DNA of 64,000 nt from Octopus bimaculoides (taxonomy: Eukaryota), in NCBI RefSeq assembly GCF_001194135.2, contig NC_069002.1, positions 36,990,886 to 37,054,885 of the forward strand, written 5' to 3'. Below, piece after piece: positions 53,078-64,000 of the stretch. Each line of letters starts with the position of its first letter. The stretch's first letter is position 1. The notes under the pieces were generated by a model. The model did no database searches, had not been told where the DNA came from, and saw only the letters and a list, made by a program, of their open reading frames with translations. The translations under genes and the position numbers were made by a program.

Positions 53078-54358
53078 TACCCGGTGCAAGCTATGGACAC
53101 TCTATAAGATGTACCCGGTGCAAGCTATGGACACATAAGAGGTGCAGCAACATCAAAGGCAGGTTAACTAGCAAGTTAGTTTTTGTTTGTGGCAGATGTT
53201 CAGGTGCAATAAAGACTGTAAACAAACAGGAAACAACTTCTATCTCATTCCAGGGTGAAAAACTAGAGGTAGTCGATAGCTTCCGCTATCTGGGCGCCCA
53301 AGTTAGTAGTGGGGGTGGGTGCGCTGAAAGTGTAGCTGCTAGAATAAGAATAGCCTGGGCAAAGTTTAGAGNNNNNNNNNNNNNNNNNNNNNNNNNNNNN
53401 NNNNNNNNNNNNNNNNNNNNNNNNNNNNNNNNNNNNNNNNNNNNNNNNNNNNNNNNNNNNNNNNNNNNNNNNNNNNNNNNNNNNNNNNNNNNNNNNNNNN
53501 NNNNNNNNNNNNNNNNNNNNNNNNNNNNNNNNNNNNNNNNNNNNNNNNNNNNNNNNNNNNNNNNNNNNNNNNNNNNNNNNNNNNNNNNNNNNNNNNNNNN
53601 NNNNNNNNNNNNNNNNNNNNNNNNNNNNNNNNNNNNNNNNNNNNNNNNNNNNNNNNNNNNNNNNNNNNNNNNNNNNNNNNNNNNNNNNNNNNNNNNNNNN
53701 NNNNNNNNNNNNNNNNNNNNNNNNNNNNNNNNNNNNNNNNNNNNNNNNNNNNNNNNNNNNNNNNNNNNNNNNNNNNNNNNNNNNNNNNNNNNNNNNNNNN
53801 NNNNNNNNNNNNNNNNNNNNNNNNNNNNNNNNNNNNNNNNNNNNNNNNNNNNNNNNNNNNNNNNNNNNNNNNNNNNNNNNNNNNNNNNNNNNNNNNNNNN
53901 NNNNNNNNNNNNNNNNNNNNNNNNNNNNNNNNNNNNNNNNNNNNNNNNNNNNNNNNNNNNNNNNNNNNNNNNNNNNNNNNNNNNNNNNNNNNNNNNNNNN
54001 NNNNNNNNNNNNNNNNNNNNNNNNNNNNNNNNNNNNNNNNNNNNNNNNNNNNNNNNNNNNNNNNNNNNNNNNNTCCCGTAGGATTTTCGAGTGAGATCGT
54101 TGCCAGTGCCCCTGGACTGGCTTGTGCGGGTGGCACATAAAAGACACCATTTCGAGCGTGGCCGTTTTCGTGCGGGTGACACGTAAAAGCACCCACTACA
54201 CTCTCTGAGTGGTTGGCGTTAGGAAGGGCATCCAGCTGTAGAAACTCTGCCAAATTAGATTGGAGCCTGGTGTTGCCATCCGGTTTCACCAGTCCTCAGT
54301 CAAATCGTCCAACCCATGCTAGCATGGAAAGCGGACGTTAAACGATGATGATGATGAT
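53078..54358 (+). mobile_element. 5'-truncated RTE LINE spanning a gap (RT C-half plus 3' tail)
   Basis: SIRCTRCKLWTHKRCS...FVCGRC...GEKLEVVDSFRYLGAQVSSGGGCAESVAARIRIAWAKFR; tail ending (GAT)n after the gap. Confidence 0.85.
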
Positions 54359-56003
54359 GACACACACATAAATGTATCATTTCTGTTTTCCCAGACCATT
54401 TCTGCCATTGGGATTCCTGAATTTTTTTTACCAGTCTTTTCCATCTATCTTCAGTCTTCAACTTTCTTCACATTTGACCAATCTGATATAGAATATTAGT
54501 TTGACTTTCATTAAGTGTATACTTGGTCTTTGTAATTATTGGTGGCACCCAACTCCTCTCTAGGATATTGGTGCTTTTGGTTCTTTAGGAACACATTTGC
54601 CTTTGATAGGCCTTATTTTTTAATCCTGTTGGGTAACCACATATCCTCTTCAACTTGTCAAACCCAGTAAGGGGCCAGTTTAATCACTGATCCTTCACCA
54701 ATAAAATATGAGGTGGTGGTTATCACATTAGCCATAAGATGAATGGAAAGTTGGAGGAATGAGAGAGAAGTCATTTTTGATTCAACATATGTTTATTGTT
54801 AAAAGCTTATATTGGACATTGTGGTCCAATGATGAGCAACAAAGAAACATTGAAACATCCTTCTTCATGTAGTGGCTTGATTAAATAGGCTCTATAGTTA
54901 AATGTAGATGAGAGAGATATATAAAGAAAGACGGAGAGAAAGAGAGAGAGGGGGAGAGAGGGAGAGAGAGAATGAATGCAAGTGACCCCTACCATCAAAT
55001 AATTTTTAAGTTAGTAGCAGTTCAGTTATTTGTAGTTTGTTTTGGGTTCAGCCCCACTGCATGGTACCTTGATCAAGTCGTTTCTGCTATAGTCTCAGGC
55101 TGATCAAAGCCTTGTGAGTTGATTAGAAGATGGAAACTGAAAGAAGCTTGTGGTACACACACACATACATACATGCCAGTGCCACGTAAAAGCACTCATG
55201 TAGTTCCATGTAAAAGCACCCACCACACTCTATAAAATGGTTAGCATTAAGAAGGACATAAGCCATATCAGACTGGAGCCTGAAGCAGCTCTGGTCAAAC
55301 CATCCAATCCATGGGCAACAGATGTTAAATGATGATGATGACGATGATGCGTACATACATGTGTGTGTGTATTACTATCTCCGTGTTTTGACATTGTGAT
55401 GGTTGTAAACAAGCATCACCATCATACAATCAACGTCTTTTGGTTCCAGTTTTCCACGAAGTTCAGCCAAGGGGAAATATTACTTTACTTGAAGCAGTTG
55501 TGTATTGATGACAAGAAGAGTGTCGAGCTGTAGGGAATGTGCCTCAACAAATTTCATCTGACCCATGGAAAAGTGGATGTTAAAATGATGATTCATGTTT
55601 GACAAGTCAGGTCAACCATTAACCGCCCCTGATATTGAATGTCACCCAAACTAAATGCTTGACTACATCTCTCCTCTGATCGACCAGTCATTTGTATGTC
55701 TCTGTCATTCACTCCTGTCTGTGTGTCCTCACATACAGTCTCCTTTTATATACTCCAGAACAAATCTGACTAGATAAATCTGTGGTGACATCATCACTTG
55801 AAAATCTGGGAGTTGTTTACATAGAGTTTTATTAGCCAGATTTTCTGCTGGTGTCATTACTTGATCCATCAAAATTCCAGATGTTTTTTACAAGGAATTT
55901 CCTGATTGGGAAATAACAGGTTTCAGATTCCAATCAAAGTGTAGACCTGTTACAAGAGGAATTCATAAAAGAAATGTTGTGCATGAAAAGAATGTATACC
56001 ATA

Positions 56004-56376
56004 GGCACAGACGTGGCAGTGTGGTAAGAAGTTTGCTTCCTAACCACATGGTTCCAGGTTCAGTCCCACGATGTAGCACCTTAGGCAAGTGTCTTCTACT
56101 GTAGCCTCAGGTTGACCAAAGCCTTGTAAATGGATTTGGTAGATGGAAACTGAAAGAAGCCTGTCATATGTATATATGTATTTTTGTTTATATATTCGTC
56201 CCCCATTTTCACTTGACAATTGGTGTCTGATAACTTAGCAGTTCAGCAAGAGATTGATAAAATATGTCCCAGGCTAGAAAATAAAGTACTGGGGCTGATT
56301 CATTCGACTAAAATTCTTCAAGGCAGTGCCCCAGCATGACCACACTCTAATGGCTGAAACAAGTAAAAGATAAAAG
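56004..56376 (+). mobile_element. Near full-length SINE family B
   Basis: Colinear with 34341-34720. Confidence 0.9.
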
Positions 56377-56599
56377 ATGTTATATAGCCCCAGGTCATCC
56401 CTGACCAAGGAGAAGGACAAAGCTGGATGTAGGATGGTGTTATGCAGGGTTTCCTTCATTTCTTATGACTAAGGAGTGAGTGATTTTTTTTTGTGGGGTG
56501 AGAGAGATTTATTTGCTATTTCTAGCAGGTTGATTGACTGGATAACATTGCACTAAAACCTTCAAAGTCACTACATATATATGAGGTCTCATGGCCAGT

Positions 56600-56862
56600 A
56601 ATGAGCTTATAACTTGGCATAAACTGCATTTCAAACACTGAGCATCATCATTGGAACCAGAAGAACTCTCAGCTTCAAACAGATGTTGACTTTCAACAAA
56701 GGTCATACGAGATCCACAATGGAATACTGCTTCCATATCTGGGATAGTTTTAATTAAGTAGGGCATGATATGAGGGAGCTTTGGCTACTATTTCTGGCAG
56801 TCTGAGCAATCACTTATGGACTCACTTGTCGGCTCGTTTTCAAGGAACAGAGGTACTTCTTC
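56600..56862 (+). mobile_element. Ancient RTE-like RT remnant
   Basis: VDFQQRSYEIHNGILLPYL, similar to VDFxKAxDSIHRGK. Confidence 0.4.
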
Positions 56863-57619
56863 NNNNNNNNNNNNNNNNNNNNNNNNNNNNNNNNNNNNNN
56901 NNNNNNNNNNNNNNNNNNNNNNNNNNNNNNNNNNNNNNNNNNNNNNNNNNNNNNNNNNNNNNNNNNNNNNNNNNNNNNNNNNNNNNNNNNNNNNNNNNNN
57001 NNNNNNNNNNNNNNNNNNNNNNNNNNNNNNNNNNNNNNNNNNNNNNNNNNNNNNNNNNNNNNNNNNNNNNNNNNNNNNNNNNNNNNNNNNNNNNNNNNNN
57101 NNNNNNNNNNNNNNNNNNNNNNNNNNNNNNNNNNNNNNNNNNNNNNNNNNNNNNNNNNNNNNNNNNNNNNNNNNNNNNNNNNNNNNNNNNNNNNNNNNNN
57201 NNNNNNNNNNNNNNNNNNNNNNNNNNNNNNNNNNNNNNNNNNNNNNNNNNNNNNNNNNNNNNNNNNNNNNNNNNNNNNNNNNNNNNNNNNNNNNNNNNNN
57301 NNNNNNNNNNNNNNNNNNNNNNNNNNNNNNNNNNNNNNNNNNNNNNNNNNNNNNNNNNNNNNNNNNNNNNNNNNNNNNNNNNNNNNNNNNNNNNNNNNNN
57401 NNNNNNNAACATACTTGTTGAATTTGAGAGAGGGTAAAACAGTCAGGTTTGACCCAATTGTAATTGAGGTTGCTAATAAAATATCTGGATAATTTTTGGT
57501 GTTTAACAGTCAAAATTTTTTTCTCTTGGGATTCCAAATCAATTTTTTCCCACACTCATATCTATGTCTAACTTGATAATTTTCAGTTTTCGGAAGAAGA
57601 AAAAAAAAATGTGTAAAAC

Positions 57620-57956
57620 GGGGCAAAATGAGTAATGATTAATTTCTATAATTTCTTCTTTAACTGCACGGGCGTAAATATATCAAAAAGAGAGCTACTT
57701 TAGCAGATTGTGAAGAAGCTATTGAGAATATTTTATGTTGATTTTTTTAGATTTTGTCGAGATTCGTTAATCTCCTATCATGTGTCATTTTTCTCTGGTC
57801 CTCTTTCATTTGACCTAGATAGTTTAAATTTTTGTGGCATTTCTGATCTTTCTGATGTTTAAGGATGGATACTGATGTGTGTGAGTCTGTTTTCAATTGT
57901 AATTCTGGAGAACTGCAGAAACAAGTTTACCTTATCAGGCCTACTCATTTTGCCCC
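57620..57956 (-). mobile_element. Internally deleted pogo/Fot1-like DNA transposon (MITE)
   Basis: Perfect 15-bp inverted repeats GGGGCAAAATGAGTA (57620-57634 / 57942-57956); internal minus-strand MPQKFKLSRSNERGPEKM resembles pogo-type N-termini. Confidence 0.55.
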
Positions 57957-58199
57957 AGCTAAATTTATTTGCTCAAAGAGAACGGAGATAATTTTCTAAA
58001 ATAGTGTTCTGAATATGTTACAGTGTTTTTAATGCATTTAGAGAAAATCATTTGCTCAGCTGATATAGTTTTCGTAAGGTGATTAACATTAACTCTCTTA
58101 CTCGTTTCAGCCATGCGGCTGTGGTCATGCTGGAGCACTACTATGGGGCGCACCATTAGTAAAAAAATTTTTTTTCTCAATCTCAAAAAGGCAGTAAAT

Positions 58200-58798
58200 A
58201 TTTTCCTCGTAAACTGCGGTCGGCAGCACCTCCTGATTAGTATGCCAACGAAAAATTAACTATTTTAGTAATGCAGCCCAATTCTCGAAATATGTTGCCA
58301 GTTCTTGACCTCAATTGATGGTTCTGTACTAAAGGCGGTGAGCTGACAATCGTTAGCGCGCCGGACAAAATAAGTACCGATACTCAAGTATTGGTATCAA
58401 TTGTACTCGACCAGCCACCTCCCCACAAAATTTTAGGCCTTATGTTTATAGTAGAAAATATTGTGTTTAGAATTTATGACTTTATATGTCAGCAACAAGA
58501 GGTCAAGGAAATTAACTAAACTATGTTTCTATAAATATTTTCGAATTTTAAGGCATTTTAGAAAAACTTTTTTAAATGCTTATTAATATTTCTACATCTT
58601 TCCAAAACTTTCTTATATGTAATTTATAAGTTTTTATTCGATATTTTCTTTTCCTTTAAATGTATTTGCTATTTGTTGACTTCATATATTTTCCTTCCCT
58701 CGAGTAGCTTTGTATTAACCTTAACATGGTGGTCTGTAATTCTCTTGTCTTCGCTTAAGATTTAGTCTCCTTTATTTTTCAATCAAACGAGCTCCGTT
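58200..58798 (+). promoter_or_regulatory. CpG-rich putative promoter/5'UTR region of the RS-protein gene
   Basis: CpG visibly more frequent than in most of the window; pyrimidine-rich stretch 58741-58780; in-frame TAG at 58763-58765 upstream of the ATG. Confidence 0.5.
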
Positions 58799-58847
58799 AT
58801 GCCTCGAAGGAGTCGCTCTCGTTCCCGTTCAAGATCCCCACGTAAAG
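58799..58847 (+). CDS. RS-domain splicing-factor-like protein, coding exon 1 (U4/U6.U5 27K / SNRNP27-like N-terminus is one candidate)
   Basis: ATG...MPRRSRSRSRSRSPRK plus G, donor AAG|GTAACA; phase 1. Confidence 0.85.
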
Positions 58848-60114
58848 GTAACACAAATTTCTCACAGCTATACATAAAGAGTCCTAAAAACCCTAACATG
58901 TTACATGTTGTTGACATTAAACGTCGCCGAAAACTGTGTCTTTGACTACATTTGTTCCACATCTTTTGCTATAACATCTGTTACTTCTTTCCAACTTTTC
59001 CTTTACCTACTGTTAGACCTCGTACTATGAAATACACATTTTATTTTATAAAGATAGAAAGTAATCATTATTAATGATTGGAGTCACCTCCCCCACTTTT
59101 GACCAGAGGAAGACTTCTACGTGTTTTTGCACGACCCGCTGTCTATTCTCAGATCATACCCCGTGGTCTTAAAATAGGAAAATGCATTGTCTGAAATAAA
59201 GACGGAATACTTAGAGCATAAATCTGATCATTTAATAATGAACAACGATTAACTACAACTCCCTCCCACCTTCTGAAACCCCTATCGGCACCATAAACTC
59301 CATATTTACCGATTCGAATACCAACACTACCACAATCACTATTATTAATACACCTAACTACACCACCACGTGGTTGCCCAGCCTGTTAGAAATATCAGCC
59401 AATTCTTCCTCAAATTGTACCCTACCGTCTTAAAAAAGGGGTACATTGGATAGCATCATCTTACATATACTGTTTGCAATAAAGATGGGATGGTCTCCGC
59501 CGGATTGCATTTGATCATTGGTCTTCTTAGGTTTCACCTGGGGTTAAACAACGATGGCTGTCAAATATAAAAACAAATATCTCTAACCTTGCTAGTAATG
59601 GAGAGAACATGATACTCTCGTCCAGTGTATTTCCCCTTTATATATAATATGAAACACGATAGATGGCACGTGTTTTGTTTAGTTTAAAATCTTTCAATTC
59701 TCGCCTTTCGTTTCAATATTTCAAGCTGGCAGAATCGTTAGCACGCCGAACAAAATGCTTCACGGCATTTCATCCGTCTTTACATTCTGAATTCAAATTC
59801 CGCTGAGGTCCACTTTGCTTTTCTTCTTTTCGGGGGTCGATCGATAAAATGAGTACCAATTGAGCACTGGACCGATGTTATCGACTTCACCTCTAGCCTG
59901 AAATTACTGGCCTTGTGCCAAAATTTGAAACCAATATGATTGATGAAGTAATTGTGTTTTAATAGTTCAAACACTGGGCTAAATTTTATATCGCTAGAAA
60001 TTTTATGTTAACTGATGATGATAAACAAATGTTAAAAGCATGATAATCATTGCTAACCCACATCATTTCTGTTCCCCTTTTTTATATTCTACTTTTTGTT
60101 TTTATCTTTTTCAG

Positions 60115-60147
60115 AAAGGGAAAGACGTCGAGATCGAGAAAGGAAGC
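60115..60147 (+). CDS. RS-domain protein, exon 2 (33 nt, phase 1-1)
   Basis: Long T-rich tract TTTTATCTTTTTCAG|, (E)RERRRDRERK, donor AGC|GTAAGT. Confidence 0.85.
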
Positions 60148-61515
60148 GTAAGTATATTCTGAGTTGAATTCATTTGGAGTGAGTTTAGGAAGAGAGGAAC
60201 CGTGCCGAAGCTGGTTGTGTGTTTGTCATTTTGTGTCTCTCATCACTTCACTTCTATTTAGTTGGTTTGTTTATGTCTCCTTGAGCTAGTGGTTCAGCAA
60301 AAAGAAACTGATGAAATAAGTACCAGGCATAAAAATTCGTACTTTTGTTGATTTTATCAAACTAAACTACTCTTCAAGATGGTGCCCCAACATGGCTACA
60401 GTCCAAACAGTAAAACCAAGAAAAGATAGCCATCTAAGAAAGTAAATAGATGCAGGTGTGACTGTGTGGTAAGAAGCTTGCTTCCCAGCCACATGGTTCC
60501 AGGTTCAGTCCTTCTGTGTGGCACCTTGGACAAGTGTCTTCTAAAAATATACAATCACATCATGGTGGTGAGCTGGCAGAATCGTTAGCATACTGGCAAA
60601 ATGTTTAACAGCATTTTGTCTGTTTTCATGTTCTGAGTTCAAATTATGCCAAGGTTGACTTTGTCTTTCATCCTTTCAAGGTTGATAGAATAAATACCAG
60701 TTAAATAATGAGGTTGATGCAATCAACTTGCCCTTCCCCCAAAAATTGCTGGCCCTATGCCAAAATTTGAAGCCAATATGTTCCAGCAGATTTGAACACT
60801 AAAATATGCTAGTTGCTGTGGTGTATGTCACAGAAGAACTTCTCCCTTTTCTGAAAATAGTGTGTTCTGGTGCAAGTGATTCTGGAACACCTGTGTTAAC
60901 GACACATTGTATCTCATCAGCCAGAAGCAACCAGACTTTCAGGCTTAAAGAAACCACTGGCTTTGTTCACACTTTACATCCGAATCTGCCATAATGTAGT
61001 AAGAGTTAGAGCACATATCATTGTGAATAGAATCACTTTGTCATTATTAAAGCTGGTGTGTGAGGGAAGCTGGCAGAATAATCGTTAGTGCATCTGGCAA
61101 AATGCTTTGTGGCATTTTGTCTCTTTTTACATTCTGAGTTCAAATTCTGCTGTGGTCAACTTTGACTTTCATCCTTTCAGGGTCAATAAAATGAGTACCA
61201 GTTGCATACTGGAGGTTGATGTAACCGACTTATCTCCTCCCTCAAAATTGCTGGCCTTGTGCCAAAATATAAAACCATTATTAAAATGGTGTTTGAAATG
61301 TAAATTAGCATGAAATTTTAATGGAAGGTTTTCACTGAGGTCACTTTAAGAATATCATGGGGCCAGGGGGCAGTCTCAATGGGCTGATATTGAAAGAGTT
61401 AAAAGATATCAACAACTATCTGTTCTTTATTTCTCTCTCTGAAGAGGTTGTTTCTTCTGCAAGCAAGCATGTTTTGCACAACTTTGAGTAAAATTATTCT
61501 TCTTTGAATTTTCAG

Positions 61516-61693
61516 ACCGCCGCAGAAGTCGTTCCCGATCAAGAAGTAGGTCAGCACCTCGTTATCGTTCTCGATCAAGGTCAGCACCTCGTTATCGTTC
61601 CAGGTCAAGGTCGCCGCCTCGTTACAGGTCTCGTTCAAGGTCTCCCCGTGGTAGATACCGGTCGAGGTCTCGCTCACCTGGACGGAAAAATCG
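61516..61693 (+). CDS. RS-domain protein, exon 3 (178 nt, phase 1-2)
   Basis: TTTTCAG|, (H)RRRSRSRSRSRSAPRYRSRSRSAPRYRSRSRSPPRYRSRSRSPRGRYRSRSRSPGRKN, donor TCG|GTATGT. Confidence 0.92.
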
Positions 61694-62569
61694 GTATGTA
61701 TGATTATCATCATCATCATCATTTAACGTCCGTTGTCCATGCTGGCATGGGTTGGATGGTTTGACCAGGGCTGGCAAGCTGGGAGGCTGCACCAGGTTCC
61801 AGTCTGATGTGGCATGAGGTATGATAGAGTGATAGGGCACAGCTATCTTGATGTAGAGGAGGTTACCCTGCATTTCATGTGGGAGTAACTGGGAACAGAT
61901 AATCCTATAAAGTTTTGCTGACTATTACTAGGACTGAAAATTTTAAAAAATTATATCTGTATTATATTTGGCTTAATCAAATCTTGCTATATTCTAACCT
62001 TTTTATTTAGTCATCAGCTCACTCAAAAAAAAAAAAAAGATAGCAAATGTATTTACAGATACAAATGAAATGTGTATTAAATATAAAATATATAATTCAT
62101 AAATATCCATGGGATTAATTGCTTCATTCTAAATTCACTGGTTTTATTTATCTTTGTGATTATATTATTGCACATATTTGGCCCTTAAAACATCTACAAG
62201 AAAGTTCAGTTGCTGTGGGGAGGGAAGAAACTGATGTTTTGGGTCCTTTCTATATTTGAGAATGAGGAAGGGAAGAAGTGTCGTTGTCATTCTGACAAAG
62301 GCAAAGGAAATCCTCTTCTCACATCGTTTGCTGAAATCTTCTCCTTCATCTGAGAAAGAAAGGGAAAGAGAGAGAGAGAGAGAGAGAAAATAGTGTTGAT
62401 ACTTTGATTGTAAGCAACCAAAATGACATTACCTCCTCCTTTTCTTCCTCACTCTGAGAGGAAAGATGAGGGTCCGAAATGTTAGGCTCTTCCCTTCCTG
62501 TGTTAATCTAACAGCAAACATAATTGTAATTTAGTGATTTCCATAATTGAATTCTTGTTCTTGTTTCAG

Positions 62570-62584
62570 AGACCGACGAAATAA
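62570..62584 (+). CDS. RS-domain protein, 15-nt microexon 4 (phase 2-2); gene probably continues beyond the window
   Basis: TTCTTGTTCTTGTTTCAG|AGACCGACGAAATAA|GTAAGT gives (R)DRRN(K/N) in frame with exon 3. Confidence 0.75.
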   Translation, partial: RPTK

Positions 62585-62869
62585 GTAAGTACAAACTTTT
62601 GTTTTTGTTTCATTTTCCAAATAATTGCTTCTTATACTACTAGCATGTACAGTACACTGGGAAGATTTTGGTTGCAGAAGATGGATGGATGGATTCCCTT
62701 TCATACTTCTGTAATTCTAAAAGTATCTATTAAAAAAATGACCTTCTGGCACTCAAACCAAAGTATGGCTTGTCTTGGCCTCTTGGCTTCATGGTTTTGC
62801 TTCGTGGGGCTTGAGTCATTCCAAGTTAATGGTCCCAGAGGCATCATCATGCATAGAGCTGACCAGGTC

Positions 62870-63040
62870 CACCAATGCTCTCCATCACTGGTGGTCCTGT
62901 GGCAGCCCCTCTGGAGATCCTCCCCAATCAAGTTCAGCCATCCGGTACAGGGCCTGCCATGAGGCCTCTTCCACCCTGTGGTTGCTGTGTCGGATGATCT
63001 AGAAGGAGATGGAGAACATGTCCATAACAGCCCCACCCAT
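62870..63040 (-). mobile_element. RTE-type LINE C-terminal fragment
   Basis: TGWKRPHGRPCTGWLNLIGEDL matches the KRPRGRPR..W...I..DL end motif. Confidence 0.65.
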
Positions 63041-63118
63041 CCTACCAGAAAGCACTGGAATTGGTTAAGGGTGCATTCTATATAAAGGCATTTGTTTGAA
63101 AGTATTGGGTTAGTATTA

Positions 63119-63161
<43 letters not shown>

Positions 63162-63688
63162 TCCCTCAACCATCACTTGACAACCGGTGTTGCTGTGTTT
63201 ACATCCCCATAACTTAGCAGTTCGGCAAAAGAGAGTGATAGGATAAGTACTAGGCTTACAAAGTACAAGTCCTGGAGTCGATTTGCTTGACTAAATGTGG
63301 TAGGTGCTCCAGCATGGCCACAGTCAAGTGACTTAAACAAGTAAAAGAATATTATATATATATATATATTCCTTTACTTTCCTTTCCTTGTTTCAGTCAC
63401 TTGACTGTGGCCATGCTGGAGCATCACNNNNNNNNNNNNNNNNNNNNNNNNNNNNNNNNNNNNNNNNNNNNNNNNNNNNNNNNNNNNNNNNNNNNNNNNN
63501 NNNNNNNNNNNNNNNNNNNNNNNNNNNNNNNNNNNNNNNNNNNNNNNNNNNNNNNNNNNNNNNNNNNNNNNNNNNNNNNNNNNNNNNNNNNNNNNNNNNN
63601 AGGCGGTACTGGCAACGGCCACGCTCAAAATGGTGCATCTCATGTGCCACCCGCACAAGAACCAGTCCAGGGGCACTGGCAACGATCT

Positions 63689-63718
<30 letters not shown>

Positions 63719-63720
<2 letters not shown>

Positions 63721-63876
63721 GGGTGCGATGGGTAAATCTTTGCCATTTTATATTTTTAATTTCATGCATGTGCATTGTTCTTGATTTTGTCAACTACACA
63801 GTATAGTAGGGTCAGCTGGGCACCATCTGTGAGAAAAACAGCACCATGACACAGTCAGTTTATTTACTGCACCCTG
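63719..63876. mobile_element. Tc1/mariner-type MITE
   Basis: Inverted ends CAGGGTGC / GCACCCTG followed by TA on the right; the left flank is a (CA)n tract. Confidence 0.55.
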
Positions 63877-64000
63877 TATATATACGAGAGAGAGAGAGGT
63901 GTGCTAATGGTATAAAATGGCATTGCATAATAGGCCAGTTCCCCAACCTATAAACAATTACAACATCTAACAAATATGAAAATCTTCTCTGTTTGTAGCA

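Noticed and set aside
56509-56766. 85-aa minus-strand ORF
   Set aside because: The opposite strand shows decayed RTE reverse-transcriptase motifs; two in-frame stops lie just upstream
57409-57555. Minus-strand frame WEKIDLESQEKK...SQIQQ ending at CAA|GTATGT
   Set aside because: No usable acceptor or ATG in frame; the plus strand reads LREGKTVRFDPIVIEV, like an RT 'K.GK..G.D.I..E' remnant
57929-57948. CAAAATGAGTAGGCCTGATAAG|GTAAAC (MSRPDK) as first exon of a head-to-head gene
   Set aside because: The ATG lies inside the transposon inverted repeat, which is duplicated at 57620
61399-61873. ORFs 61504-61764(+), 61399-61722(-) and 61622-61873(-)
   Set aside because: Shifted and antisense readings of the RS exon (VVPDQEV / ERDLDR patterns)

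Overview
AT-rich animal genomic DNA with many assembly gaps (N runs) and dense (TA)n/(CA)n/(CAT)n/(GATA)n microsatellites. The repeat landscape looks like octopus/coleoid cephalopod; this is my inference from repeat style, not a database result. Most of the window is decayed mobile DNA: R4/Dong-type RLE LINEs, RTE and CR1-type LINEs, Penelope-like (GIY-YIG) elements, at least three SINE families, Tc1/mariner/maT, pogo-like and MULE fragments, and a Gypsy 5' LTR plus gag. One host gene is well supported: the first four coding exons of a plus-strand Arg/Ser-rich (RS-domain) protein at 58799-62584, starting in a CpG-rich zone. It includes a 15-nt microexon whose donor overlaps an in-frame stop. 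A second, unverified minus-strand gene is suggested by a CpG-rich exon with a perfect donor at 48744 and by a phase-compatible chain of exon candidates at 32.4-18.8 kb. Other structures worth checking are a pre-miRNA-like hairpin (15322-15378), hammerhead-ribozyme relics in Penelope terminal repeats (7141-7283, 50724-50755, 40054-40110) and a CpG-decay gradient across SINE copies. No rRNA, true tRNA gene, CRISPR array or prokaryotic system is supported. Most TE boundaries are approximate (about 20-50 bp).
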